A stretch of DNA of 64,000 nucleotides from Candidatus Multivoradales bacterium. Its GTDB lineage: Bacteria > Acidobacteriota > Thermoanaerobaculia > Multivoradales > JAHEKO01. A program made the position numbers and the translations under genes. Position 1 is the first letter of the stretch. Each line of letters begins with the position of its first letter. The notes under the pieces were generated by a model, which saw only the letters and a program-made list of their open reading frames with translations, had not been told where the DNA came from and ran no database searches. Shown here piece after piece: positions 19,219 to 29,033 of the stretch. The stretch lies in NCBI GenBank assembly GCA_965248055.1, contig CBDFIJ010000004.1, forward strand, positions 1,760,001-1,824,000. Direction: 5' to 3'.

Positions 19219-22200
19219 CTAGTCCGAGTTATATATATCTTGAGATGTAGCGTCCCTACTGACAGGTCGACACTTCACCTGCTTTCCAGTGACAGGATCC
19301 ACATCGCATTCAATGGTACGGGCAAAGTCTTGCCCTTCGTCTTCAAATAGAAATAGCATTCCCTCATCCGTACCTGGCTCGACTTGGCCCTCGACAAAAT
19401 CAAGGACATCTTGATCGGGGAATTCTTCCCCCATCGCAGCTTTCACCAGACCCAAATGGTGTTGAGCTGACTTGTAATCGTTTCGACCTGCGGCCAATAA
19501 ACCCAAACCCCGATGTGCCAACATATCGGTACCATCTTGCTTCAGTGCTTGCTCTAAAGCACGTTTGCTCTCCGGTCTCCGATCCAAGTGGAAAAGCAGC
19601 GTCCCCAAATGAGAAAGCGCAGACGGATACTCTGAATTCTTGTCGACGAGTTGCTGCAAAATTTCCACTGAAGATTCCAGCCCCTCAGAGGCTTCCGCAA
19701 CGCCAGATAGAGCCAAAGTAGCGAGCCCTGGATGCGCTGTCTCCTGAACAGTCTCGCTAAATCCAGTAAGCGTCATCGCACCATCTGTAGCCTGTTGCCA
19801 TGCTGCGTTGCGCACAATGTGGGTGACGTATGTGTACGCTTCTACCGCTGGTTCGAGGGCTGCGAGTGCCCTTTCCCATTGATCGTGTTCTATGTAGATA
19901 CGAAATATAGTTATTCGATCATCGACATCGTCTGCATCAATGTCCAGATGGGTATCGAAGCTATCCCAAGCCGCATCGAGCCGGCCAAGCTCGACAAGAA
20001 CCAGCCCTCGATTCAAATGTGCCCATTGATCGCGACTAGAAATCTCAATCTGACGGTCGAGCTGAACTAACGCTTCCTCAAAACGTCCGAGCTGCTTCAA
20101 CGCTCGACCGTAGTTGTTGAAAGCCGCTTTATGTTCTGGCTCGATTTCAACCACATGTTCAAACAGCGGGAGCGACTCCTCCGCAAAGCCATTTTCTAGA
20201 AGGGAGTACCCCGCTCGGTGAAGCTCCCAATCATCGTTCGACATCGAGTTCAGGCGGGACAGGACCTCCTTTGCACGCCCGTCACGCTCTAAAGAAAAGG
20301 CACATTCCCCTATCCGCAACCACGCTCGTGTGTCATCTGGGTCAACCGCAATAGCTCGCTCCAGGAACTGGGTCGCCTCGCCGCAACGATCTTCCTCCGT
20401 ATGAATCCTGCCGATTTCAGCAAGGGCGTAGTCGTCTAAAGGAAAGAACTTCAAGTGGTCCAAATAGGCTTCGATTGCTTCGTCATTGCGATCGGACTCC
20501 GAAAAAGCCCAGCCGATGTACTTGCGGGCTTTGTCATCGTAGGGCTTGACCTCCAAGTGCTTTCTCATCGTTTCGATGCTGTCTTCGAAGCGACCCATCT
20601 CGCTGTAACAACGACCTAGGTAGTACCAAGCAGAGTCGTGTTCTGGCGATTGCTCAGTGATCCTTTGATACAAGTCCACGGCGGTCGCATAGTTATCTGA
20701 TCTCCACGCGGCCATCGCAGCGTTCTCCAAAGTCTCAAGGCTAGCTTCCGAGGCTCTGGCCTCCGCATCCCCAGTGAAGCGAGCCGAAACTGTTTGTTTC
20801 GCGTCGGCGAGCGCTGCACTACGTAGTACGCCAAAGGCTCCAGGGTCGGAAGGTAGCGTATCGACAACCAGATGGCGGGTGGCTCTGAGTGTCCCGTTAT
20901 CGAACGAATACTCCGAAGAATAATTGCCGAACTCCCACGTCGAGTCGACCGGTAGAGGAAGCCTCACCTCGACACCTTCTGATATCTGAAGTTCCATCGT
21001 GAACTTCTGCGAGTTAGTTGTCCAGCGCCGCCGAAGCCATTCTTTTTCAAAAACCTCGTCAGAGATCACGGTTGGGCGACGCAGCGGGAACCGAACGGAC
21101 TGCTCACTGGTTAGAGGGTTAAGAAAATTCTTGAGGGTTAGATCGTATTCAATACGCAGCGGTTGGTCCGTATTGGTGGGTTCCCCGACAGTCAGGTTTG
21201 AGATGTCTCCTTCGGTGGGTTCCAGTCCATCAAAAACCATCTTCGTCCAGTTCGCTTTTGGTACGAACATAAAAGCCTGCCTCAACTCGAACTCGTCGTC
21301 CCCCCGCAATTCGAACACCACACGTGCGGTCAAGGTTCCGTTTTCGTCAACTTCGCCCTCCAGCTTTTGTTCCAATACCTCCGACACCAAGGAGCGCTCC
21401 GGGGTTCGAACAATGCGACTGTCCTCTCCGTCGATCACCAAAGCGTTTTTGTCGATTAACGCTTGAGATAAATACTGGTAAGGGGTCACCTGAGACGTAC
21501 TGTCCAGCCACACCGACCCCTTCTCCGTCGGCACCATCGTGATCATGTGGTTGAATTGCCCTGGTGAGGGCACTTCCGGTTCAATGGCGGTAGACGAACC
21601 AATCAACACCGCCTTTGACTCGAACCCAGCGGTCAAGAGCATCGCGGCTAGAAGAGAGTGTTTATCTTTGCAATCGCCATATCCATTGGAAAGCACTTCC
21701 GACGCGAAATGAGGTTGGTAGCGACCTACGCCGTAGCTGATGCTCAAATAACGAAATTCACGGGCGACAAAATTGTAGATACGTTCGATTTTTTCCGCTG
21801 GTGATCCCGCGTCTGCGATCAGCTCCCGCACCCTATTCTCAATCGTTGGATCTGGAACTCCTCTTCCTTGTAACAAATCAGATGCCCAGCTCCCAACTTC
21901 GCTCCACGACAAGAAACTAGACAACTGCACATCTGGCTGCTGCGTTTCATAAGGTGATAATCCCTCGTCTTCTTCTTTTTCTTCACCTTTTGAAGTGTGC
22001 GTCCAACGATAGACCTGTTGAGGGCCAGCCTCCGTCACTTCTGGTTCAGTGACAGACTTGAAACGTACCTCTCGTTTCTTGGGAAAGCTAACAGTCAGCG
22101 ATTCGCTGATAACGGGAAACAAGGTAGTGAACGCATGAGTCATCCAAAACTGGCCCGGTGCTTCTGGCTCCAGAATTTCAGTGCTGGTCTGCACTTCCAG

Positions 22201-22635
22201 GATGTTCCCACGCGCCAACGGTGGAGCCGTGGCATGAACGATGTGAAGGTCAGTGTAGGACGGAAATTGGGTAGTAACCGGCGCCGGAAGATCTTTGATC
22301 TCAGAAGCGCTCTCATGGAGAAGACTCCCCTCTGAATCAAAAACAGCGATTCGATCCACAGAGAATGACTCCCGACCTTTTAGGTAGGGAAAAAGGAGTT
22401 GCCCGAATTCTTGCGCTGCGCCATCCGATTGCAAACGAACCTTCAGCAAGTTCGTCTTCTTTCCAGTGCCATCGTTGTTAAAAGAGTACGAGATGTCGAT
22501 CGACTCAAAGACCAAAGGCTCGCTGTCCAAATCCTCTTCTGCGTACATTGCTGTCGACGCAGCACTTGCCGCTAGAACAATCACACCAGCCCATCGAAAC
22601 AAGAACCCTAGTTGCACGGTAATTCCCCCAATCAA
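19219..22635 (-). CDS. Exported DUF3857 + transglutaminase-like + TPR protein
   Basis: Signal peptide; YGDCKDKH, QFNHMIT, WLDST triad; many TPRs in the C-terminal half; start codon uncertain. Confidence 0.85.
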   Translation of the reverse strand: MIGGITVQLGFLFRWAGVIVLAASAASTAMYAEEDLDSEPLVFESIDISYSFNNDGTGKKTNLLKVRLQSDGAAQEFGQLLFPYLKGRESFSVDRIAVFDSEGSLLHESASEIKDLPAPVTTQFPSYTDLHIVHATAPPLARGNILEVQTSTEILEPEAPGQFWMTHAFTTLFPVISESLTVSFPKKREVRFKSVTEPEVTEAGPQQVYRWTHTSKGEEKEEDEGLSPYETQQPDVQLSSFLSWSEVGSWASDLLQGRGVPDPTIENRVRELIADAGSPAEKIERIYNFVAREFRYLSISYGVGRYQPHFASEVLSNGYGDCKDKHSLLAAMLLTAGFESKAVLIGSSTAIEPEVPSPGQFNHMITMVPTEKGSVWLDSTSQVTPYQYLSQALIDKNALVIDGEDSRIVRTPERSLVSEVLEQKLEGEVDENGTLTARVVFELRGDDEFELRQAFMFVPKANWTKMVFDGLEPTEGDISNLTVGEPTNTDQPLRIEYDLTLKNFLNPLTSEQSVRFPLRRPTVISDEVFEKEWLRRRWTTNSQKFTMELQISEGVEVRLPLPVDSTWEFGNYSSEYSFDNGTLRATRHLVVDTLPSDPGAFGVLRSAALADAKQTVSARFTGDAEARASEASLETLENAAMAAWRSDNYATAVDLYQRITEQSPEHDSAWYYLGRCYSEMGRFEDSIETMRKHLEVKPYDDKARKYIGWAFSESDRNDEAIEAYLDHLKFFPLDDYALAEIGRIHTEEDRCGEATQFLERAIAVDPDDTRAWLRIGECAFSLERDGRAKEVLSRLNSMSNDDWELHRAGYSLLENGFAEESLPLFEHVVEIEPEHKAAFNNYGRALKQLGRFEEALVQLDRQIEISSRDQWAHLNRGLVLVELGRLDAAWDSFDTHLDIDADDVDDRITIFRIYIEHDQWERALAALEPAVEAYTYVTHIVRNAAWQQATDGAMTLTGFSETVQETAHPGLATLALSGVAEASEGLESSVEILQQLVDKNSEYPSALSHLGTLLFHLDRRPESKRALEQALKQDGTDMLAHRGLGLLAAGRNDYKSAQHHLGLVKAAMGEEFPDQDVLDFVEGQVEPGTDEGMLFLFEDEGQDFARTIECDVDPVTGKQVKCRPVSRDATSQDIYNSD

Positions 22636-22853
22636 TCAACTTCTGCCCAGCCACCAGATTATAGCGACGCCGAAATAGCTCGTTGATCAGGATGACCAAA
22701 ACTAGAACCAACAACGACGACGACACACCGTAAACGCCTCGCGGAAGCCAGAGTTTGAAGCGGTTGAAATGGTAACCAGTTAGAGTCGGCCCACATTCAA
22801 CCGCTTGCAGGTATGCTTAATCTCACTTTTGGTTTCCGCAAAGGAGCATTGTC

Positions 22854-23372
22854 ATGCGCATTTTGATCTGTTGTTTGCTGCTCGCTCTCATCATTCCCCA
22901 GGCAGCTCTTGCGGTAGTCAGCTTTACCCAACTCGACGAAGACACTTTTGTTGTTAGTCACCGCATCAAGGGCATCGGACTGCGCGGAAAGGCCATCAAG
23001 CTGGTCTATACCAAGGCGGCATCGCTGTGTATTGCAGCGGGATACTCCCACATGCGGATCGTCAACGAGGAGTCGGAAAGCGGGCAATCCGATGACACTG
23101 CCAACGCCAGCATGCGGGTACAGTTCTATTTTCAAGATGGAGAGGATCGCCTCGACTGCGACCGGCAATCGGATCCAGAGTACATCCTTCAAGCTCGAGA
23201 GAAACTGGCGAAGCGTGGTTACCAGTGGCCAGAGGAACCGTCGCAAGAAATGCTCACGACCGAAGCAGAGGGCGAGGGTGGTGACACCGGCTCCTGCTCG
23301 ATCCCCCAAATCGCCGCGATGGCCCGTACCGGCCTCAACGATGAACAGATCATCGCCGCTTGCGGGGGTTGA
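22854..23372 (+). CDS. Hypothetical exported protein
   Basis: AAGGAG RBS, signal peptide ending ALA; C-terminal CSIPQIAAMARTGLNDEQIIAAC. Confidence 0.7.
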   Translation: MRILICCLLLALIIPQAALAVVSFTQLDEDTFVVSHRIKGIGLRGKAIKLVYTKAASLCIAAGYSHMRIVNEESESGQSDDTANASMRVQFYFQDGEDRLDCDRQSDPEYILQAREKLAKRGYQWPEEPSQEMLTTEAEGEGGDTGSCSIPQIAAMARTGLNDEQIIAACGG

Positions 23373-23433
23373 TATCGATACAAGAAATCCCAATGACCGG
23401 AGGAGTCGCTAGAAAACTATTCTTGACCTAGAA

Positions 23434-24129
23434 TTGAGAAGTCCTAACGAACGATGGCACCAATTGCATCCATCGAGAGAGGTTTTTTTGTTCAAGAAGG
23501 CGGGAAAAACCAACAATTGCGTCCCCGTCTCAAGGGTTCAAACGCCGACTCAACACGTCACTTTCGAACGGTTCATCTCAACACCGGCAAGAATCCTGGC
23601 TGGGTCTCCCAGTCAATATCAGCGCTGCGAAGCGCTCATACTTCTATATATCAAGACCGAAGAACAACTTCGAAAGCTCTTTTGTTTCCTGGCCAGAACA
23701 GAACCGCATTGCGTGGATTGGGCGCATATCGCTAGGTACGTGTCTGAGCACAAAGATTGGCAACCATCAAAGTGGATCAATTCGATCGATCGTCTCCACT
23801 CAAAGGGGTTTTTTCACCGTGCTGTTTCTGCTGTGGACGAGGACTTTCGGGCTATGCGAAAAGAGCTGGAGGGCTATAAGCCTCATCGAGATAGGTTGTT
23901 TCACGGCGTCACCGTGAATAAAACTTTCTACCGTTGGCTAGAAAACAGAAATCGCTGTGGGTTCCTAATTCATTGGCTGGAAACGGTCGGCGCAGCGATG
24001 ACTAAATCCATCAACTACGATGGAATCCAGATGATCAGTGCGTTGAAGCGTAAACCGTTGTGCAAGTTCCCCCGCTCGACGGATTACCTTGAAGTCAAGG
24101 AATACCTCAACGAGTATCGCTACGATTGA
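23434..24129 (+). CDS. Hypothetical protein, possible HEPN domain
   Basis: Helical ORF with RDRLFH (Rx4H); AT-richer than flanks; start uncertain. Confidence 0.5.
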   Translation: MRSPNERWHQLHPSREVFLFKKAGKTNNCVPVSRVQTPTQHVTFERFISTPARILAGSPSQYQRCEALILLYIKTEEQLRKLFCFLARTEPHCVDWAHIARYVSEHKDWQPSKWINSIDRLHSKGFFHRAVSAVDEDFRAMRKELEGYKPHRDRLFHGVTVNKTFYRWLENRNRCGFLIHWLETVGAAMTKSINYDGIQMISALKRKPLCKFPRSTDYLEVKEYLNEYRYD

Positions 24130-24210
24130 CGAGCACTAGCGTAGATCTACTCAAGAGAAAACGAGCCTCTCGCCAGAGTGGCTCTCCGTTATTGGTCGAT
24201 GACCTCGGCG

Positions 24211-24822
24211 CTAGGCGTCGTACTTCACCGAGCAACCGTAGGGACGTGTGGTCGCTGGATCAGCAGCACTGTCCATCGCCAGCGCCGTCAGCGCCCCATC
24301 GACATAGTTGTCGCGCTCGTAGGAGCTAAGGCGGCCTCGGGGGTCGTCGTCGATTGCACCGTTGTAGAGAATCGTACCCTCGCCATTGATGACATACATG
24401 TGTGGTGTGGTCTTGGCATTGTAAGCGTGGCCGACTTCGCCCGAAGCATCATAGAGCACCGCATAGTCGACGCCGTTCTTTTGATTGAACGCTAAGTGCT
24501 CGGCGGGCTGCAAATAGTCGCTGTGATCAGCGGCGGTGCTGTTGATCGCCAGCCAGGCGACATCGCCGTACTTGGCCGTTAAATCCACCATGGTTTGTTC
24601 TCGAGTGTGGCGTAAGGAATATGGGCAGTTGGGGTTAATCCACTCCAGGACCACCACCTGTCCAGCATAGTCCGACAAGGTGTGGACACTGCCATCGGCT
24701 GCGGTAAGGGTGAAATCCGGGGCGGCGGTACCAACCGCACCACTTGCCGCCAACGGAGCAACCGCAAAGAGGGCAACCAAAGCCCATAGCAAGCGGGTCC
24801 GGACAAAGTCATTCTGAGTCAT
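24211..24822 (-). CDS. Exported thioredoxin-family/redoxin protein
   Basis: APDFTL, VVVLEWINPNCPY, AKTTPHMYVI, YNGAIDD, TRPYGCSVKY; ATG 24822 with GGAG RBS. Confidence 0.9.
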   Translation of the reverse strand: MTQNDFVRTRLLWALVALFAVAPLAASGAVGTAAPDFTLTAADGSVHTLSDYAGQVVVLEWINPNCPYSLRHTREQTMVDLTAKYGDVAWLAINSTAADHSDYLQPAEHLAFNQKNGVDYAVLYDASGEVGHAYNAKTTPHMYVINGEGTILYNGAIDDDPRGRLSSYERDNYVDGALTALAMDSAADPATTRPYGCSVKYDA

Positions 24823-24984
24823 TGTTCTCTCCAGGGTAGATGTCAGTTTCGAGATAGCTTGTTCTCGACACAACTGCAATACGGATTCTTGAGACTCGTG
24901 GTTCAACCGTCGGCAGACCGCAGTAATACGAAGCGTCATGAGTCTGGCCCGCGCACCAAGAATGCAGGCCGGTAAGACACATAG

Positions 24985-26517
24985 CTAGACAACAAAGTAC
25001 AGCACCCCGACCGCCCCAGCCAACGCGAGTAACCAGCCCAAGGTCTTCGCGAAGTTTCCTCGTGCTCTCACCGCCATCCAAGCGCCAGCGACCGAAACCA
25101 AGAGGGCCAATTGAACTCCCGCCAAAGGGGTGGGGGCGATCAATCCGCCGAGCAAGTAGAACCTCGCGACCACCGCGACCAGAGCGAGGAAGCCGGCGAT
25201 TCCCAGCGCCAGTCGAGACGGAGCTTCTCGATTGGAGCGGGTTGCGATCACGGCGAGAACCAACAACCCAGTACCGACCCAGCCGATCCCGGGGGCTGCG
25301 GGAAGTAAGGAAACGGTAAACCCGGCCGCGGCAACCGCCAGTGGAGTCGTTCCGCTGAATTTCCTGCCAGCGAAAGCGACAGCGGCCCCGACCAACAGCA
25401 GCCAAGCTCCGATCGCGATCACCGGCGGCGAAATTTCCTGGGTTCCAGAACCAACCCAGAACCAGATCAATCCGATTGCCGCAATCCCAGCAATCCACGC
25501 GGTGCGCAAGACCCCAGAGCGAGCGGTCAACGCACCAGAGCCCAGGTAGAAAAAAGCGGCCAAGACCACTGGAAGCCAGTACCACCATAAACCCGGAGAA
25601 GCGGTTGGCGTCATGGCTTTCGAAGGCACTGCCTCCGACGCCGCTACGTCCAGATCAGTCGTCGGCTCGGTTTGCCACTCTGTGGGAACCGAAACCGCCA
25701 AGCTCGCGGCCAATGCGTCCGTTCCAGGTTCAGCAACCCCCGTCGCGGTCCAGGTTAGATCCAACGTCCCAGGCAGCACTTGGGTCAGGTCGAGTCTAGA
25801 AACTGGAATCTCAACCCGAGACTGGGAGGCAGCACCGGCAGCTGTGGTGTCGATTGTTGGCACGCCCATGCCCAGCGCTTCGACCACCTCAAAGAATAAG
25901 TCCTGAACTGAAAAAGGAAGATCGATCACCAATCGACCCTCTTGTGAATCGACCCTTTCAATTCGACCCTCCAGATTGGGCCCGAGTGCAGGAACCAGAC
26001 CCCGCCAAGAAGCCAAACGTGTTTGCTGGGTCGAGTCGAACTGGATCTCCCCCAGGGCTTGAGTCAGTTCTAGATCATGTCGATAGGGGATGCACTCGGC
26101 TTCACAAACTACGTAGTCAACATTGACCAGTAGCTCAAGAGACAACCCTTCAGCTTGAATCTTCGATCGGACCGGGTAGATCACCTGGTCGCTGTAGCCA
26201 AACGCGACCAGACCTCCAGCCAAGTTGTAACGATGCGGTGCAGGAAACAGCAACTCAGCTTGGGTTACTTCTGCGGTTGCCGATAGATCAAGAGCGGGGG
26301 GGTAACCCGCATCGCCGGCGTTTTTCCAGTAAACGTGCCACCCCGGAGCCAGCTCAAACTCAACCCCGAACCAGTATTCACCCTCCGGGCTGGCGACCTC
26401 ATACGGTGTGACCAAGCGCAAGGAAGACTGCTCATTGCGTTGCCATGGCCCTTCCGCGGCAAGAACCGGCGCAGCCAGAAACAGGACCGCCATGCAAAAT
26501 AGAATCATCTTCATCAA
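24985..26517 (-). CDS. DsbD N-terminal domain protein with degenerate membrane domain
   Basis: GWHVYWKNAGDAGYPP and VCEAECIP; hydrophobic C-terminal third without cysteines. Confidence 0.78.
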   Translation of the reverse strand: MMKMILFCMAVLFLAAPVLAAEGPWQRNEQSSLRLVTPYEVASPEGEYWFGVEFELAPGWHVYWKNAGDAGYPPALDLSATAEVTQAELLFPAPHRYNLAGGLVAFGYSDQVIYPVRSKIQAEGLSLELLVNVDYVVCEAECIPYRHDLELTQALGEIQFDSTQQTRLASWRGLVPALGPNLEGRIERVDSQEGRLVIDLPFSVQDLFFEVVEALGMGVPTIDTTAAGAASQSRVEIPVSRLDLTQVLPGTLDLTWTATGVAEPGTDALAASLAVSVPTEWQTEPTTDLDVAASEAVPSKAMTPTASPGLWWYWLPVVLAAFFYLGSGALTARSGVLRTAWIAGIAAIGLIWFWVGSGTQEISPPVIAIGAWLLLVGAAVAFAGRKFSGTTPLAVAAAGFTVSLLPAAPGIGWVGTGLLVLAVIATRSNREAPSRLALGIAGFLALVAVVARFYLLGGLIAPTPLAGVQLALLVSVAGAWMAVRARGNFAKTLGWLLALAGAVGVLYFVV

Positions 26518-26568
26518 CTCCTGACGTTATCAGTGTCGTTAGTCATAAGATCATCGACGGAGGTACGC

Positions 26569-27810
26569 ATGAAGAAAGTTTCCAGTCTGCTCGTTGCAAC
26601 GATCTTGGTCGCACCCATGTGGGCCGGTGAGTCAGCCAAACTGAAAGATGCCCTACTCGGAGAGACCCCCTTCGAACAAGACCTGCGTCATCTGACCGAC
26701 TCGATCGGGGGACGACCCACCGGCTCTCTGGAGAACCTTGCTTCTGTGGATTGGGCTCTAAATCGGCTTCGTGGAGCCGGGGTTGAAGCCTGGAAAGAGG
26801 GCTTCACGATGTCCGAATTGTGGTTGGAAAGCAGTGCCACCGGCACCATCACCGGCGAAGTCGGCTTCCCGGTACGGTCCCGGCCGGAAGACGTCCTCCA
26901 TCGTCACAATGCCTCCCTAGGAATCGATAACGAACACCTGTTATTGATCATGGACCGCGTTTCGGCCAAGCGAGCCATGCGACTGCTCCGTCAAGACAAT
27001 GCCCTATCCCTTGAAGTAGTAGTTGATATCGTCTCCTCTGGACCCTATGAGAGTTTCAATGTTCTGGCTGAGATTCCTGGAAGCGACTTGGCAAAAGAGG
27101 TCGTCTTGATCGGGGCCCACCTGGACTCCTGGGGACTTGGAACCGGCGCGCTCGACAACGGCTGCAACGTGGCGATGTTGATTGATATCGCTCGGCAGAT
27201 GAGACGACTCGATTTGAAGCCTCGCCGGACGATCCGCTTTGCGTTGTGGAATGGCGAAGAACAAGGTCTCCAGGGTTCCTGGGGGTACGTCCAACGACAT
27301 GCTGGCGAGTTAGACCACCACTTGATGGCATCGTCCTACGACATCGGAGCCGGTCGCATCAGCGGTTTTTTCACCGGTGGACGACCGGACACCGCCGCTG
27401 CGGTTGAATCCTCTGTGGCAAGATTGGATGACCCCGAGTCTTTTTCTGTGCTCGATGTACCGGTCGTTGGTACCGACAACTACGACTTCATGCTTGAGGG
27501 CATCGCCAACTTAGTCGCCAATCAAGAGTCCTCCAATTACGGGCCGCACTACCATGCATCCACCGACACCTTTGACAAAGTAGATTTGGAGCAGGTCAAA
27601 CGCAACGCTGTGATCGCCGCCACGGTCACCTGGGCTTTCGCCAATCAAGATTTCGATTTGCCGCGTCAAAGTCGCACGGAGGTCGAGGAATTGGTCAAGA
27701 ACACCAGCTTGGGCGAGCAAATGCGAACGTTTCATATGTACCACCAATGGCAGCAAGGGAAACGGGGTCGAAGCTCCATTACCCTGCAGCCCGTCACCGC
27801 CCGAGACTGA
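26569..27810 (+). CDS. M28-family metallopeptidase (carboxypeptidase Q-like)
   Basis: GAHLDSW, GALDNG, GEEQGLQGS, GTDNYDF, YHASTDTFDK; signal peptide; GGAGG RBS. Confidence 0.9.
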   Translation: MKKVSSLLVATILVAPMWAGESAKLKDALLGETPFEQDLRHLTDSIGGRPTGSLENLASVDWALNRLRGAGVEAWKEGFTMSELWLESSATGTITGEVGFPVRSRPEDVLHRHNASLGIDNEHLLLIMDRVSAKRAMRLLRQDNALSLEVVVDIVSSGPYESFNVLAEIPGSDLAKEVVLIGAHLDSWGLGTGALDNGCNVAMLIDIARQMRRLDLKPRRTIRFALWNGEEQGLQGSWGYVQRHAGELDHHLMASSYDIGAGRISGFFTGGRPDTAAAVESSVARLDDPESFSVLDVPVVGTDNYDFMLEGIANLVANQESSNYGPHYHASTDTFDKVDLEQVKRNAVIAATVTWAFANQDFDLPRQSRTEVEELVKNTSLGEQMRTFHMYHQWQQGKRGRSSITLQPVTARD

Positions 27811-27811
27811 C

Positions 27812-28192
27812 GTGTATCGCATCTGTAAGGACTTCACTTTCGCCGCTGCCCACTCGATCCGCGGACACACCGGTGGCTGCGAGCGTCTGCACGGACACAA
27901 CTACCGAGTGCGTATTCACCTCGCTTCACGGGAGCTGAATGAGCTGGGAATGGTGATGGACTTTGCCGATCTCAAGCAGATCGCCGAGGAGGTCCTCGGC
28001 CCATTTGACCACCAAGTGATCAACGACATACCGCCCTTCACCGAGCGTAATACCACCGCTGAGTTGTTCGCTCAGTATATTTTCGAGCAAGTAAACCATC
28101 GACTCGCAAGGGAGCAGGCAGAGGTGGTCCAGGTCGAGATGTGGGAAAACGAACGATCTGGAGCCAGCTACCAGCCGGAGGCCAAACCCTGA
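27812..28192 (+). CDS. queD: 6-carboxytetrahydropterin synthase
   Basis: FAAAH...CERLHGHNY...GMVMDF...TTAE. Confidence 0.93.
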   Translation: MYRICKDFTFAAAHSIRGHTGGCERLHGHNYRVRIHLASRELNELGMVMDFADLKQIAEEVLGPFDHQVINDIPPFTERNTTAELFAQYIFEQVNHRLAREQAEVVQVEMWENERSGASYQPEAKP

Positions 28193-28896
28193 CCCCTCCA
28201 GTCGGCGAGACTAGGCCCGCCGACCCGCATCTCCGGCTACCTGCCCAAGAGCGGCTGCGGATCAACGAAATCTTTTTCTCGATCCAGGGCGAGTCAACCC
28301 AAGTGGGCCGGCCTTGCATCTTTGTCCGCCTGACTGGCTGTCAGATGCGTTGCATCTGGTGCGACAGCGAACACTCCTTCTACCAAGGCGACTGGTTGAG
28401 CATCGACGAAACTCTCGACCGCTTGAAGGACTTTGACTGCGACTTGGTGGAAGTGACCGGCGGCGAGCCGTTGTTGCAACCCAGTGCCTTGACGCTCATG
28501 AAACGACTGTGCGATCAGGGCTACGAAGTGATGCTGGAAACCGGGGGTGGCGTTCCTATTGACCCGGTCGACTCGAGGGTACGGCGAATCGTCGATGTCA
28601 AATGCCCTGGCAGTGGCGAGTCGGAAAACAACTGCTGGCCTAACTTGAGTCAACTCACCGACCGTGACGAATTGAAGTTCGTGATCGCCGACCGAAGGGA
28701 TTTTGTGTGGGCGGTAGGCGTGGTTCAGGAGTACCACCTAGTGGACCTTTGCTCGGTATTGTTCTCACCGGTAGAAGTCGGGAGCGCTGCCTTCAATCCA
28801 ACCGTGCTCGCCGAATGGATCCTCAAATCTTCGCTGCCGATTCGCATGCAACTTCAATTGCACAAGTCCCTTTGGAGAGGCGCGCGCGGCACATAG
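28141..28896 (+). CDS. queE: 7-carboxy-7-deazaguanine synthase (radical SAM)
   Basis: INEIFFSIQGE, GCQMRCIWCD, VTGGEPLLQ, QLQLHK; true start probably near 28189 or later. Confidence 0.92.
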   Translation: MGKRTIWSQLPAGGQTLTPPVGETRPADPHLRLPAQERLRINEIFFSIQGESTQVGRPCIFVRLTGCQMRCIWCDSEHSFYQGDWLSIDETLDRLKDFDCDLVEVTGGEPLLQPSALTLMKRLCDQGYEVMLETGGGVPIDPVDSRVRRIVDVKCPGSGESENNCWPNLSQLTDRDELKFVIADRRDFVWAVGVVQEYHLVDLCSVLFSPVEVGSAAFNPTVLAEWILKSSLPIRMQLQLHKSLWRGARGT

Positions 28897-29033
28897 TCGA
28901 AATTCTGAGCTCGATTCACACAATCAGCTTGCATTAGGATCACGTTTCATGCTTTCGCACCGATTATAATTTCTCCCGGTGGCGAAGTTTATTAGGTTGC
29001 GGCTTCGCGATCGTTTGGATCAAAAAGGGCAAA

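Noticed and set aside
27812-28896. queD/queE as part of a 7-deazaguanine DNA-modification (dpd) island
   Set aside because: No dpdA/tgt-like or other dpd genes nearby; ordinary queuosine pathway genes
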